64,000 bases of DNA from a virus (IMGVR_UViG_3300032038_000001:186396-250395); one strand, 5' to 3'; numbered from the stretch's first letter, positions 37,194-47,229 are shown. Notes: a model not told the origin generated them from the letters alone. Numbers and translations: made by a program.

Positions 37194-37346
37194 ATGGATA
37201 TAAACAATATCGACATATCTATGTTGCTGGAGGATGGTAAGTTGGATATATGTTCACCAAACTCTACAGGAGTGACATACGATAATATATCAACAACTGA
37301 TGATATATTAAATGCGCTGAAGGATTATATGGAAAATCAATTATGA
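37194..37346 (+). CDS. Small acidic protein (50 aa), not in ORF track
   Basis: RBS GGAGG; MDINNIDISMLLEDGKLD...MENQL*. Confidence 0.55.
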   Translation: MDINNIDISMLLEDGKLDICSPNSTGVTYDNISTTDDILNALKDYMENQL

Positions 37347-37368
37347 AAAATGAAAGGACGAAAAAACA

Positions 37369-37977
37369 ATGAAAAGACCTATAAAAACAGAAAAGCTTGA
37401 TAAATTAACATACTCAAAAAAGGTTGCGTATGTTAAATTCAATGATGTGATAAACTACTATACACATCATGATGATGCATGCAAGTATGAAGTGTTATCG
37501 GAAGACGACAGTTGGAATTTTTATACTCCTTCGGGTATAAAACTGCCAGAAGCGAACTCTTTAATTATGACAAAAATACCGTCATATTATCCGATATGTA
37601 CGAAGATAAAGAATCGAATAAGTGTACAGTATAATTCACTTTTACAGTGCAATGACCGCTTGTTCGATATGTCAAAGGTACGTTATGTATATTTCACCGT
37701 ACCTAAATCGAATTATATATCTCTTGAGAGAGAATATCATGCACGAATAGAAGAACCATTAGCGCCCTACATCTCCACACAGGAACTGATTGGTGTTAAT
37801 ATACCAGTAGCAGATTTCGTTGATCTAATAAATAAGAAATATCAGATTAATGAAAATGATGAGGTAAGTGAAGTTGATAGAGATATTGACAAGCTTATTC
37901 AGATGGCAAGATGGACTCATTCGTTTGCGTTGTTAAACGATAAGAACACGCCCATAGCATTCGTTCTTCATATATAA
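37369..37977 (+). CDS. Hypothetical protein
   Basis: 202-aa ORF; RBS AAAGGA. Confidence 0.65.
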   Translation: MKRPIKTEKLDKLTYSKKVAYVKFNDVINYYTHHDDACKYEVLSEDDSWNFYTPSGIKLPEANSLIMTKIPSYYPICTKIKNRISVQYNSLLQCNDRLFDMSKVRYVYFTVPKSNYISLEREYHARIEEPLAPYISTQELIGVNIPVADFVDLINKKYQINENDEVSEVDRDIDKLIQMARWTHSFALLNDKNTPIAFVLHI

Positions 37978-37982
37978 GTAAC

Positions 37983-38018
37983 ATAAAGGGTGCAACACAT
38001 ATGTGTTGCACCCTTTAT
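37983..38018 (+). terminator. Perfect 36-bp palindrome terminator
   Basis: ATAAAGGGTGCAACACAT|ATGTGTTGCACCCTTTAT followed by a T run. Confidence 0.75.
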
Positions 38019-38072
38019 TTTTTTCAGATAATGCACATTATAATAACTAATTTAATACAAGAAGGTGATAAA

Positions 38073-39362
38073 ATGAATAATTTAGAAAAAGGTAGAAAGC
38101 TTGCTAAAGAGCATGGTGGCTTTTATGATAAAAATAAAACATGGAATGCACTAATAACATTTCCCTTTGATAATCACGTTTATCGCAATCGTGTTGAAAC
38201 TATAGTGGTACGTGGTAATAAAGAAGTTTTTGTTAAGAAAAAACCTAATGGTGAATATTTTTTACCAGGTGGTTCAAAAGAAAAAGATTCCAATGATGCA
38301 TTACAGGCAGAGAATGAATGCAGAGAAGAAGCTAGACTAAATATAACAGATGTTGAAAATAGTGGATTTCAAATAAAGCATATTAATAAACCTGATGAAA
38401 GAGACGACAAACATATGTGGGATGGTGCTATTACTGATATATATGTCGCAACATACGTATCTATGTATAAAGGTCAAATAAAAAAAGTTGACAGAGACTC
38501 ATTTATTCTCAGTGGTAAATTCTATCCTATTAAACAATGTTTGCATTTTTTTAAAGATGAACATAGAGAAGCATTAAAGTGGTATTTGAGAAACCACGTT
38601 GGAAGTGATGAAATAGTGGTAGAATCTATGTATAAAGATGGTGTTGATAAATTTATTTATCATAATATAAAGACACCAGAAGCATTATTCGAATGGATGA
38701 AATCGAATATATCTTATGCTAATTATACTAAACTGAAAAGTCCTGAAGAATTATATGAAACTAGAAAAGGCTCGTGTCATGATCAATCAGAGTTTACATA
38801 CCATGCATTAAGAAAAATGCATCTTGATCCAGGGCGATTATTTGTAATTGAGTATGATCCTTCGAGTGGAAAGGGTGGAGAGACACACTCATTTTCTTAT
38901 TATGTAAAAAAGAAAAAATATTACTGGTTAGAAACAGCATGGGGAAATAATAAGGGCATTCATGGTCCATATGATAATTTAAATGACCTTAAAAATGAAG
39001 TTAAAAAACGATGGGATAAAAAAAGAAAATTCCCAGAGCTCTATATATCGACTGTTAGGAATACAAAATATGGTATGACGCTCGATGAATTCGTTAATGC
39101 CTGCACAGATGATGAAATGACAGAAGCAACTCTTACATCAGAAAAAAGAAATAATCTCAAAACAAGTACATTCGGTATTCCAGAATTACGTAAGTATCCT
39201 TTAAATGATAAATCTCATGTAATGGCTGCAATAAGATTTTTTAATAAAGTAGAACCTAAATATGAGGAAGAACTTGCACAAAACATTATAAAAGCTATGA
39301 AAAAATTTAACATATCATCATCAGTTGTCGGTGATAAAAATAGGTTAAAAAAATATCTGTAG
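38073..39362 (+). CDS. Polyvalent protein: NUDIX hydrolase, transglutaminase-like Cys protease and DUF6582-like C-terminal domain
   Basis: LPGGSKE...ECREEARL (Nudix box). GSCHDQS...THSF...WLE triad. FGIPELRKYPLNDKSHVMAAIRFF. Domains are separated by VVES and MTEA. Start ATG 38073 (RBS AAGGTG). Confidence 0.75.
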   Translation: MNNLEKGRKLAKEHGGFYDKNKTWNALITFPFDNHVYRNRVETIVVRGNKEVFVKKKPNGEYFLPGGSKEKDSNDALQAENECREEARLNITDVENSGFQIKHINKPDERDDKHMWDGAITDIYVATYVSMYKGQIKKVDRDSFILSGKFYPIKQCLHFFKDEHREALKWYLRNHVGSDEIVVESMYKDGVDKFIYHNIKTPEALFEWMKSNISYANYTKLKSPEELYETRKGSCHDQSEFTYHALRKMHLDPGRLFVIEYDPSSGKGGETHSFSYYVKKKKYYWLETAWGNNKGIHGPYDNLNDLKNEVKKRWDKKRKFPELYISTVRNTKYGMTLDEFVNACTDDEMTEATLTSEKRNNLKTSTFGIPELRKYPLNDKSHVMAAIRFFNKVEPKYEEELAQNIIKAMKKFNISSSVVGDKNRLKKYL

Positions 39363-39375
39363 GGATGGTGAATAA

Positions 39376-39981
39376 TTGATGATAGATCTGAGTATGTCTG
39401 AATTAGATGAAATATATAGTTCTGGTAAAACAATTGCTGAATTATATGCGCAAAGATATCAAGAAGAAAACCTTAAACAGACGATTGAAAAAAATGTAAA
39501 ATATGATATAGTATCTTTTATCAAAAATCTCAATGAGATAAAAAAAGAAATGCTTCAATATATGAAAATATTTGCAAATGAAACAAATGTTAAAAAATAT
39601 TTTGGATATGATACATCTAAGATGAGTACTATAGATAAACATGAGAAAATCAATAAGTATTTAAAAGTAACAGTTGAAAGAATTAAAGAATATAATAGAA
39701 TAATTGTATCTACATATTCCGAAATTCCATCGGATAAATATTCTAATAATATTATAAGTGAAATTCGTAAGTATAGAACGGAGCTCATGAAACAAAAAAG
39801 TGAAAACATACAACTTATTAAATCCAATAAAAAACTTATACTTAATGTGAAAAATTATCTAGATAAAACTAATGATGAACGATTAAAATCATTAAATATT
39901 TTACGGTTCTTTAATTTATTTATCGAATTATTAACAAAATATAACAGTATGATAGATGAATTCCTTAAAATTAGCAGATAA
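39376..39981 (+). CDS. Hypothetical helical protein
   Basis: 201 aa; acidic leader ending YQEE. Confidence 0.55.
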   Translation: MMIDLSMSELDEIYSSGKTIAELYAQRYQEENLKQTIEKNVKYDIVSFIKNLNEIKKEMLQYMKIFANETNVKKYFGYDTSKMSTIDKHEKINKYLKVTVERIKEYNRIIVSTYSEIPSDKYSNNIISEIRKYRTELMKQKSENIQLIKSNKKLILNVKNYLDKTNDERLKSLNILRFFNLFIELLTKYNSMIDEFLKISR

Positions 39982-39982
39982 A

Positions 39983-39994
39983 AACAAGATATTA
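39983..39994 (+). promoter_or_regulatory. Late promoter motif (AACAAGATATTA)
   Basis: AACA-N6-TA upstream of RBS GAAAGGA. Confidence 0.65.
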
Positions 39995-40032
39995 ACAATA
40001 ATTCTGATATAGAAAGGAATGAAAATAAAAAT

Positions 40033-41898
40033 ATGGAAAATCAAATTGATTATTTTGATAAAATCATTAATGATATACGAGAAGAAGTTGGTGTTGAAGA
40101 ATTTGTCAGTGAAGCTCCATATGTTTTTGTAAAAGAAGGAGCAGGGACTGTTTTAGCTAAGATTGCTGGTAAACAGGTTGTTGAAAAAATTCAATATCCA
40201 CTAGATCAAGAGGTAAAAGAAACAATAAAGAAAAAAGTAAAGCTTGAGATGAAACTTAAGAAAATTAAGCGAGAAAATCCCAAGGATAAAGAAACTATAA
40301 AAGAATTAACAGATGAACTTAATGATGTTAAAAAATTATACAAAATAGCCGTTGCTATTTCTAAAACAGATAAAACAAAAGATATATTACGTCAATATGA
40401 GAAAAAATGCGAAGTTGAGTTTGGACCTAGATCATTATATTATGCATCTATAAGAGTTCCTGAAATTCATAAAGAGTCGGTTGTTAGTTCATTATTAGAT
40501 GACGTATATGATGACTATTGTATCGAATCTGAAATGGAGGAAGTGACTATGAATTTTGAGAATGTTGATATATCAAAGGATATAAATCCTGATAAGCCAC
40601 CTGAGAATAATGATAATGGTGCAGCAGAAGCTGCTGCTAAAACTGTTGAAGTAAATAAAAGCAATGAAAAAACTGAAAACTCTATAGGTGCCATGCTTCC
40701 TCAAACTGGTTCAACTGATGGTCTCGGTAATCCTAATGATGTTATAAAGGATATTAATACCGTTGATAGAAAAGTTGATACAGACGAACTTAATGGTATA
40801 GATCTTCCTGATGATATTGAACTTGAAAGTACTCTTGAATATGTTATGAATCCTGAATATGGTTATACATATTATGTAGAGGCTGAAATTAAGAAATTCA
40901 TTAAAGATGTAAAATGCAACATAGAACTTTCTGCTAGTATTAAGAAAGCAGCTGTTGAAAAAGCACTTATCAAATCAAGACTTAAGATTGCAAAGAAAAA
41001 AGGGACTGACAGGGCTCGTATTGATGAATTAAAAAGAGACCTGATTGAAAAAGAAAAAGAAATCAGAATTCTAAAGAAGGAACTCAATCCTAAGGATAAA
41101 GCGGCAGTTGATGCTTTAGTTAAAAAAGTTGAAAATGAAATTGATGGAAATGTAAAGAAAGAAAACATTAATAACCCTAATGAAAAACCATTAGAAACTG
41201 CTACTGATATAAAGAATAATGAGATGGGATCAAATATCAAAGAAACTGTTGAATCAAGTCCTTTTGAATTATTATATCCGAGTGATGTAATTGAAGCTAA
41301 ACTTGAGAATGCCCGTAATGATAATAATTTTGATTTAATTAGAAAGTATGAAAATCAGCTTAAGTATTATAAGTTGAATCCTGATGAAAACATTATAGTT
41401 ATTGAATCAGATATTAACGAGGCTGCTAATATTGATGCTGAAATTAAACCAGTTATTGAGATTCTTAATCAAAAAGGATATAAAACGAAGTATTCATCAG
41501 CAGGACATGTTCATTTACGTAAAAAAGCAGATGAAAAACGAGATGGAGTATATCATGACAAACTCTATTCTGATGCAAGAATAATGTTTGATGGTGATTT
41601 CAAATTTCCTAATTCTCCCAAACATTGGTTCTGGAAAAATGTTGATGGAAAGGATTATCTCGATATTGAGCCCATATACTATAATCCCAAAGATGGTTCT
41701 CCTGATGAAGCATTTGCAAAATGGAAAAATAGATATATGGAGACACTCAGAACATGGGCTGATAATCTTCCGGATAGAGTAAAAAGTAATGCTGAAGAAG
41801 TTGAAACTAAAGATAGAAAAGGACGTGACATTAAAGTAGAATCAGTTAATGATTTAATGTCTAATCTTGATTTTATGTATGATGTAATGACAATGTAA
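40033..41898 (+). CDS. Multi-segment probable internal head protein with C-terminal TYW3-like (IDxxIxxxIxxLNxKGYxT) domain
   Basis: At least ten hydrophobic-x-E(S/A) linkers; two related basic helical hairpins (NPKDK); INEAANIDAEIKPVIEILNQKGYKTKYSSAGH. Confidence 0.55.
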   Translation: MENQIDYFDKIINDIREEVGVEEFVSEAPYVFVKEGAGTVLAKIAGKQVVEKIQYPLDQEVKETIKKKVKLEMKLKKIKRENPKDKETIKELTDELNDVKKLYKIAVAISKTDKTKDILRQYEKKCEVEFGPRSLYYASIRVPEIHKESVVSSLLDDVYDDYCIESEMEEVTMNFENVDISKDINPDKPPENNDNGAAEAAAKTVEVNKSNEKTENSIGAMLPQTGSTDGLGNPNDVIKDINTVDRKVDTDELNGIDLPDDIELESTLEYVMNPEYGYTYYVEAEIKKFIKDVKCNIELSASIKKAAVEKALIKSRLKIAKKKGTDRARIDELKRDLIEKEKEIRILKKELNPKDKAAVDALVKKVENEIDGNVKKENINNPNEKPLETATDIKNNEMGSNIKETVESSPFELLYPSDVIEAKLENARNDNNFDLIRKYENQLKYYKLNPDENIIVIESDINEAANIDAEIKPVIEILNQKGYKTKYSSAGHVHLRKKADEKRDGVYHDKLYSDARIMFDGDFKFPNSPKHWFWKNVDGKDYLDIEPIYYNPKDGSPDEAFAKWKNRYMETLRTWADNLPDRVKSNAEEVETKDRKGRDIKVESVNDLMSNLDFMYDVMTM

Positions 41899-41937
41899 AT
41901 AATAAAGAGAGATAGAAACCTATCTCTCTTTATTATT
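41898..41937 (+). terminator. Intrinsic terminator
   Basis: AATAATAAAGAGAGATAG/CTATCTCTCTTTATTATT. Confidence 0.7.
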
Positions 41938-41958
41938 TTAATAAATATACCCTTTAAA

Positions 41959-41970
41959 AACATAACATTA
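41959..41970 (+). promoter_or_regulatory. Late promoter motif (AACATAACATTA)
   Basis: AACA-N6-TA upstream of the RNAP subunit gene. Confidence 0.7.
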
Positions 41971-41990
41971 ATGAATACATTTGAAAGGAA

Positions 41991-44900
41991 GTGACTGATA
42001 ATATGAGTTTATTTGATGACATATTAAACAGCAGTGAAACAAGTAATATCATCACTGAATCAACTGATACTGAATATATTACTGAAGCTGTTTATCCTGA
42101 AAATATTCCTTATATTAAATTAATAAATAAGAAGGTTACGTTACCTAGAGGAAATACCAAGCCGGGTAGAGGCAATCTTTGTTTTTTATACACAAATAAT
42201 ACCAATGAATCCATTGAGATTATTAATAATATTACTAATTTTAATCATAATAATAGATATTTTTATTATTATTTCCAGCCAATATATAGAGGTAGGTTAT
42301 ATAATAAAACATACAGAATTAAAATGATTAAAGAAAGAAAAGATTTATATAAAACAATAGAACAGAAGACAAAACTGCGTGGATATAAAAAGATTGTTAT
42401 TGATAATACTGATAATCGTAATATATACTATGATATGTCAAAATTTCTTGAAATATTTAATACCCTTTGCGAAAAACTGGTACCTTCAAAAAAGGTTAGT
42501 ATGTATTGGGATTATTTAAAGGCAATTCTTTTTGCTAATAATCTCAATTTTTATGAGAACAAATTTATTCTCATAAATATTAATCATTGGAAGATGAAGA
42601 AGAGTTTAAAGGAAAATCTCCATAATCCTCTTTTTATGTTATATTATACTGCATATAAATATCCAGATACTCTTTCAAAGTTTGATATTGACTTTTACTT
42701 CTTTGCTGACAGAAGGTCTCTTAAGGTAAATCCCTCTAAAATGGAAAAGAAAGATTATATCAAACTTCGTAGAGAAATGATTAGATTATACTCATTTGTT
42801 CCTACAATTGAAGAAATAACAGATGAAGAAACAATCAAGAAAGATGAGGCTGTTGAATTTTCTGTTAATAAGATTAATGAAGCAATTAATAAATCAAAAA
42901 ATACAGAAATAGTAACGGATACAACTATTAAAGAACCTGACTCTGAAGTAACATCAGTTTTTTCAAGCCCTGAAGTATATGATAAAATCAGACAAAAAGC
43001 TGATATCGTTAGACATGAAATAGAAAGAATAGTACCTGATACCTCATCAGTACCAGCATCAACTATAAGAAATGCTATTCAAACAAAAGTAGAAAACGAT
43101 ATTGATTCAGATAAGGATTTACTTAATAAGATATATGACCAGACAGTAACACCTAAGTTACCTAAATCAACAGCATCAAGTGCTAGAGATGAGGAGCTTA
43201 AAAAAGCACAGCAAGATATTAAGATAGGTAATATGAGTATACGTGAAATAGAAAAAATACAAGCAGACCATATTCCTATCCCAGTGAAAGATGTTTCTAA
43301 TGCAGTTAGAACTACTAATACAAATATGACCAAGATTAGATTTGATAATTTTGAAAAGACATATAACGAAAAGTTGATGCCTAAAGATATTACAAATGCA
43401 ATTTTAGCTCTTAACGATAAATCTCTCCCTATGTATGTAAGAGATATAAAAATTCAAGATACATCTGATGAGTTAAATTATAAAGACACATACACTATAT
43501 ATCTTGAAGATAGTAACAGAAAACGTCATACAATAAAAGTTGATATTCCTAAATTTGTAGAGGATAAGTTCCTTTATATAGGTGGTAATAGAAAACTTAT
43601 TAAAAAACAGAACCTATTATATCCAGTTGTTAAAACAAGTGAAAATATAGTTCAGTTAACTACAAACTATAACAAGATGTTTATTGAACGTGTTGGTACT
43701 AAGTCGTTATCTTCAATTGAGAGACTTAAAATTGCACTGTCCAAATCCGAAAATCTTGAATCACATTTTACATTTGGAAACGCCTTATCAATAAATAATA
43801 AATATGTAACTACTATTGAATATGACGAGCTATCAAAAGTAATTACTAAGTACAAAAATGGTAAAATGCAATTGTATTTTGATCAGCACGAAGCTCACGA
43901 ATTTGCTGCAAGCAAGAATATTTCTATTCCTAAAGACTATTTATTTATTGGATTAGATAAATTAGGTAGTCCTATATTTATTAATAATAAAACACAAAAG
44001 ACAGATAACGAAAAAGGAATAATGGAATTACTTCTTGAAAATTTTGACAATGAAAGCAAAGCATTATATGATTCAATCAAAGCTCCTAAGAGACTTATGT
44101 ACACTAGAGCTAAAGTAATGAGTCAGTATGTTGCTGTTGGATTACTTATTGGTTTTTGGGAAGGTTTAAGTTCACTCCTTAAAAAAGGTAAAGTTTCATA
44201 TCGTTTAGAAGATAAACTTCCAGCTCTTAAACCGAATGAAAACTATTTAAGATTTGCTGATTGTTATTTTATATACGAATCAACTGTTGGTATTGATTTA
44301 CTTATCAATGGTTTTAGACTTATTGATACATCCAAATACACAATAGCAGAAATGGATACTAAAGAACCATATATGCCATATCTCATAAAGGTATATGGTA
44401 AGGCTGCAATAGCAAATGCTCTTCTTAATGTATATGAGTTCATGATGGACCCGATTACAATAGAAGTTTGTGAAGATATCAATCTTCCTACTGATTTAGT
44501 TGAGATAATTATATATGCAGTTTCATTACTATCAGATTCTCAATATACACCAGAAATAAATCAGGGGCTGTCAAGAATTCGTAGTAATGAAATTATACCG
44601 GCAATTCTTTATGAGAGACTTGCAAAGAAATATATCCTGTATAGAAATTCTAATGGTAAAACCCCATTTTCAGTTCCTCAGGATTGTGTAATAAAAGAAG
44701 TATTAGCACTTAAAACTGTAGAAGATTATTCTACATTAAACCCGATTCTTGAACTTGAAATGACAAGAGGTATATCGAGTAAGGGATTTAGAGGTGCAAA
44801 CCTTGATGAATCGTATACACTTGCTAAGAGAACATATGATAAAACATGTACTGGTGTTATATCTCCTTCAACATCTCCTGATGCTGGCGCTGGAGTTATG

Positions 44901-46259
44901 AAAACACTGACAATGAACCCATCTGTTAAATCACTTCGTGGATATGTTGATTTAAAAGATAACGATCTTAAAGATTTACGTGATGTTGATGTATTTTCAC
45001 CTGGTGAACTATCAATTCCTCTTGGAGCAACAAGAGACGACCCGACACGACTCGGTCATGCCATAAAACAAAGTAAGCACGTTATACCTGTAAAAAAATC
45101 TTCTCCTGTATTAATATCAAATGGTATGGAAGAAGTGTGTAGATTTGAATTGTCATCAGACTTTGTTGTTAATGCTGATGAAGCAGGCACTGTTGTTGAT
45201 TATGATGAAGTAAGTAAGGTGATGATTGTAAAGTATAATTCCGGTAAATGTAGAGCAGTTGACCTTGGTAATAAAATAGTTAAAAATGGTGGTGGCGGAT
45301 TCTTCCTTAGTAACCAACTTATAACACCTTTAAAGGTTGGTGATAAATTTAAGAAAGATGATGTACTTGCTTATCACAAAGACTTTTTTACTAATGATAA
45401 ATTTAATAACTGTCGTATGAATATGGGCACGCTTACCAAAGTTGCAATAATGTCTACGTATAATACATATCAGGACGCTACTATGATAACCGAAAAGTTA
45501 TCAGATGATGCAGCAACTGAGATGTGCTTTGTAAAACAAGCTACGATTGGTAAAAATGCCAACGTTGAATATATGGTTAAAAAAGGTCAAGAAATAAAAG
45601 TTGGAGACTCTTTAATTCAATTTGATACATCTTATGAAGATAATTCTCTTAATACGCTCCTTGCAAATCTTAGTACTGATGAGCAGGAGAGTTTGCTTGA
45701 GGGAAGTAGAAACGATATACATTCAAAATATTCTGGAGTCATTGAGGATATAAAAATATACTCAACTGTAGAACTTGATGAGATGTCACCAAGTTTAAGA
45801 AAAATAGTAAGTAATTACTATAACCAAATAAATAGAAAAAAGAAGTTCCTTGAACAATATGACCCAGAATCTAAAGATAGTATAGTAAAATGTGGTGTAT
45901 TATTAAACGAAACGACTAATAAAATCGAACCAAATAAATTTGGTGTAATTAAAGGACAGAAAATCGAAGAGGGTGGCGTAATGATTGAATTTTATATCAA
46001 GCATTCAGAGCCACTTGAAATCGGTTCAAAGATTGCAAACTTTACTGCATTAAAAAATACAATAGGTGAAATTATTCCAGGGGGATATGAACCATGGAGT
46101 AGTTTTAGACCCGAAGAAGAAGTAAGTACAATTATTGCATCAAACTCTATACTTAAACGTATGACTCCGTCTATTCTTTTAACTGCTCTTGGTAATAAAT
46201 GTATTATCGAATTAAAACGTACGTTAAAAGAAATATACGACGAAAAAGAAAGTAAGTAA
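41991..46259 (+). CDS. Multisubunit RNA polymerase beta-like subunit (split; probably the virion RNAP)
   Basis: RpoB-like motifs: FLYIGGNRKLIKKQ, GVISPSTSPDAGAGV, DDPTRLGHAIKQSKHVIP, YNTYQDATMI, GSKIANFTALKNTIGEI, NSILKRMT. It ends before the RpoB C-terminal clamp region. A late promoter and an acidic leader with IITES/YITEA suggest packaging. ATG 42003 is an alternative start. Confidence 0.88.
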   Translation: MTDNMSLFDDILNSSETSNIITESTDTEYITEAVYPENIPYIKLINKKVTLPRGNTKPGRGNLCFLYTNNTNESIEIINNITNFNHNNRYFYYYFQPIYRGRLYNKTYRIKMIKERKDLYKTIEQKTKLRGYKKIVIDNTDNRNIYYDMSKFLEIFNTLCEKLVPSKKVSMYWDYLKAILFANNLNFYENKFILININHWKMKKSLKENLHNPLFMLYYTAYKYPDTLSKFDIDFYFFADRRSLKVNPSKMEKKDYIKLRREMIRLYSFVPTIEEITDEETIKKDEAVEFSVNKINEAINKSKNTEIVTDTTIKEPDSEVTSVFSSPEVYDKIRQKADIVRHEIERIVPDTSSVPASTIRNAIQTKVENDIDSDKDLLNKIYDQTVTPKLPKSTASSARDEELKKAQQDIKIGNMSIREIEKIQADHIPIPVKDVSNAVRTTNTNMTKIRFDNFEKTYNEKLMPKDITNAILALNDKSLPMYVRDIKIQDTSDELNYKDTYTIYLEDSNRKRHTIKVDIPKFVEDKFLYIGGNRKLIKKQNLLYPVVKTSENIVQLTTNYNKMFIERVGTKSLSSIERLKIALSKSENLESHFTFGNALSINNKYVTTIEYDELSKVITKYKNGKMQLYFDQHEAHEFAASKNISIPKDYLFIGLDKLGSPIFINNKTQKTDNEKGIMELLLENFDNESKALYDSIKAPKRLMYTRAKVMSQYVAVGLLIGFWEGLSSLLKKGKVSYRLEDKLPALKPNENYLRFADCYFIYESTVGIDLLINGFRLIDTSKYTIAEMDTKEPYMPYLIKVYGKAAIANALLNVYEFMMDPITIEVCEDINLPTDLVEIIIYAVSLLSDSQYTPEINQGLSRIRSNEIIPAILYERLAKKYILYRNSNGKTPFSVPQDCVIKEVLALKTVEDYSTLNPILELEMTRGISSKGFRGANLDESYTLAKRTYDKTCTGVISPSTSPDAGAGVMKTLTMNPSVKSLRGYVDLKDNDLKDLRDVDVFSPGELSIPLGATRDDPTRLGHAIKQSKHVIPVKKSSPVLISNGMEEVCRFELSSDFVVNADEAGTVVDYDEVSKVMIVKYNSGKCRAVDLGNKIVKNGGGGFFLSNQLITPLKVGDKFKKDDVLAYHKDFFTNDKFNNCRMNMGTLTKVAIMSTYNTYQDATMITEKLSDDAATEMCFVKQATIGKNANVEYMVKKGQEIKVGDSLIQFDTSYEDNSLNTLLANLSTDEQESLLEGSRNDIHSKYSGVIEDIKIYSTVELDEMSPSLRKIVSNYYNQINRKKKFLEQYDPESKDSIVKCGVLLNETTNKIEPNKFGVIKGQKIEEGGVMIEFYIKHSEPLEIGSKIANFTALKNTIGEIIPGGYEPWSSFRPEEEVSTIIASNSILKRMTPSILLTALGNKCIIELKRTLKEIYDEKESK

Positions 46260-46267
46260 TAAAAAAT

Positions 46268-46303
46268 GGTTACTATGATGATATAATTGTCATCATAGTA
46301 ACC
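46268..46303 (+). terminator. Hairpin/terminator after the RNAP gene
   Basis: GGTTACTATGATGA/TCATCATAGTAACC. Confidence 0.6.
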
Positions 46304-46326
46304 TATTATTTTAAAGGAGTGATTTT

Positions 46327-46950
46327 ATGTCTCATAACCATTCTATTCTAAATGAAAATTTTAAAAAGAAAAAAGATAAATTCATTGATACTATTTTTGA
46401 AAATTATTGTAATAATAATCTTGATGAAGAATCAGTGATATTACTACTTGAGAAAGTTATTAAAGATGATGATATTGAAATTAGATATACAAGAAATAGA
46501 AAAGATGTTAATAATATATATAACACCATGACTACTAAAGATAAAATCTTTTTAGCAGGTGAAATAGGTAATCCTGTTGCTCCTAAAGAGTATGCTAGTG
46601 CAAAGGAGTATGGTAGAAAAGGCTCATTATTATTTCATGCAATATTATATAAAAATAATATACCAGTTGCGTTTGCTGATGTATTTGAGCATAAAGGAGC
46701 AGAGAAAACTGGAGAAGTATGTATCGGAACACGAAACGGTAGACAATATCGTAGAAAAGGATACGGAACTATAGTAATTAATGAAGCTGTTGACTGGTTT
46801 AAAAAACAGTCAAAACTTAAAGAACTGAGATGGTATGCACATAGTGGGAATGATGCTTCTATCTCTTTAGCTAAAAAAATGGGATTTAAAAAATACAACG
46901 ATAAAGGTGAATATAAAGGTGAATTTGTTGAATATGATTTAAGAAAATGA
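46327..46950 (+). CDS. GNAT acetyltransferase (RimJ/RimL-like)
   Basis: YRRKGYG acetyl-CoA motif A; NDASISLAKKMGF motif B. Confidence 0.85.
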   Translation: MSHNHSILNENFKKKKDKFIDTIFENYCNNNLDEESVILLLEKVIKDDDIEIRYTRNRKDVNNIYNTMTTKDKIFLAGEIGNPVAPKEYASAKEYGRKGSLLFHAILYKNNIPVAFADVFEHKGAEKTGEVCIGTRNGRQYRRKGYGTIVINEAVDWFKKQSKLKELRWYAHSGNDASISLAKKMGFKKYNDKGEYKGEFVEYDLRK

Positions 46951-46989
46951 ATACACTCTTATCAAATGCAATAGTTAATGAAAATTTAA

Positions 46990-47007
46990 TTATATAATAT
47001 ATTTAAG
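46990..47007 (+). promoter_or_regulatory. Putative early promoter (TTATATAATATATTTAAG)
   Basis: Variant of the early motif with the ATTTAAG tail. Confidence 0.45.
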
Positions 47008-47095
47008 ATAGAGAAATAGTAATGATTTTATTGGAATTAAATTATTATTTTATTATACTCTATACGTTTTATTAATGAAAGGGTGATTTTATTTT

Positions 47096-47215
47096 ATGTC
47101 AACCTTCAAAATTAAAATTCCAAATCTTGATTCTTTCTTTCTTGACGAGGTTTTACAAATGGTCAAGGAACGAAAAAAACTCAAGAAGAAGAAAACAAAA
47201 AATAAAAATACTTAA
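47096..47215 (+). CDS. Small basic protein (39 aa), not in ORF track
   Basis: RBS GAAAGGG; MSTFKIKIPNLDSFFLDEVLQMVKERKKLKKKKTKNKNT*. Confidence 0.5.
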   Translation: MSTFKIKIPNLDSFFLDEVLQMVKERKKLKKKKTKNKNT

Positions 47216-47229
47216 GGAGGTATTTTAAA

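Noticed and set aside
2878-41898. The ~620-aa ORFs (2878..4737, 40033..41898) as chimallin (phage nucleus shell)
   Set aside because: Only the size fits. Both have late promoters, low-complexity linkers and head-protease-like sites; no ChmA features recognised.
41991-46259. Group I introns or inteins in the RNAP gene, as occur in AR9
   Set aside because: Single uninterrupted frame with collinear RpoB motifs.
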